Positions 63,285 through 64,000 of a stretch of 64,000 nucleotides of DNA are shown one piece after another. The notes under the pieces were generated by a model. The model was not told the DNA's origin. It ran no database searches and worked only from the letters and a program-made list of their open reading frames with translations. Source of the DNA: Raillietiella orientalis (lineage: Eukaryota); assembly GCA_036172245.1 (NCBI GenBank), contig JAYWIR010000035.1:868001-932000 (forward strand), given 5' to 3'. Position 1 is the first letter of the stretch; the number at the start of each line of letters is the position of its first letter. Made by a program: the position numbers and the translations under genes.

Positions 63285-64000
63285 CAAGTAAGAACAAGTA
63301 AGAACTGTGTTTCTGTTGCAGTAGCATAGAATTCTTCTTCTGGGTGTGCAGATAGTGAACTTGTCACTTAGACATTTCAGACATGTCTTTAAGATCCCAG
63401 GTTTGCTTTTTCACTCGCATCTCTGCTGAGCAAGATCGTACTCTTTCTTTCTTTCCGCTAAGCAAGATCTTCCCGTTAGATGCAATGCGTTTCAAAGCAA
63501 AGATATCAGTCAGTAATGACTATGCAAGGAAAAGTAGTCCCCTTGTAATGTGCATTTTAAAGATTTTCGTGCATTTTCACGTTCTCTCAATAGGAGGCAA
63601 GTAAAAAGCTGTTTCATTATCATCAGCGTTCTTGTAATCGGCGCGACTTCCGGCGTTTAAAGCAATACGTAAAGCGCCTATCTATCTCCTTTGCTCTTCT
63701 TTGGTTTTTGTTTTTCAGCGCTTTCAGGGAAATCGGAATTTCAGGGAATTGATCAGCGCTTTTCAGGGAAAGCACTGGTCAATTCAATCATTTGCAGTTA
63801 CGAGGAGCATTTCCAAAGTAAAGGCCGATCGGATATAAAGAAAGAACCAATAAGTGAAACAAAAATGCATAAGTGGTCCGGAACACACACATCCCCATGT
63901 CATTTTTCTACGTGATTCACATTTCTGCCCCACCCTCCTCCCCCCAACACTTTGAATACCGTGGAACAATGTTTTTGAAACCCTCTGCACAAAAGTCCCA

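Noticed and set aside
63716..63770. Three short TTTCAGGGAA repeats as an array
   Set aside because: Too short and irregular; likely local slippage.
1..64000. CRISPR arrays, rRNA, operons or prokaryotic defence systems
   Set aside because: No regularly spaced repeats, rRNA signatures or bacterial gene density; the only bacterial DNA seen is the ~430-bp insertion.

Overview
This is eukaryotic nuclear DNA, most likely from an animal that has carried Wolbachia (arthropod or nematode). The evidence is GT-AG introns, TATA/AATAAA signals, microsatellites and the lack of operon-like gene density, so most entries in the ORF track are spurious. The window is dominated by heavily decayed L1/Tx1-clade non-LTR retrotransposon pieces (gag-like ORF1, APE endonuclease, RT, C-terminal CCHC), with weaker hAT-transposase and LTR-integrase remnants. 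Main observations: (1) a ~430-bp insertion stitched from three unrelated Wolbachia-like loci (intergenic repeat, addA nuclease end, CPA2/kefB piece), flanked by an 8-bp direct repeat; (2) a near-perfect 446-bp inverted duplication whose flanks indicate a 2.16-kb inversion that broke two retroelements; (3) a near-identical 1.5-kb inverted duplication 40 kb apart that may mark a larger inversion of the same geometry; (4) an orphan spliced gene for a secreted RRRR|Q prepropeptide; (5) a sharply bounded AT-rich island; (6) a disrupted TRAF/MATH-like gene. All family assignments come from motif recognition by eye; no database searches were run.
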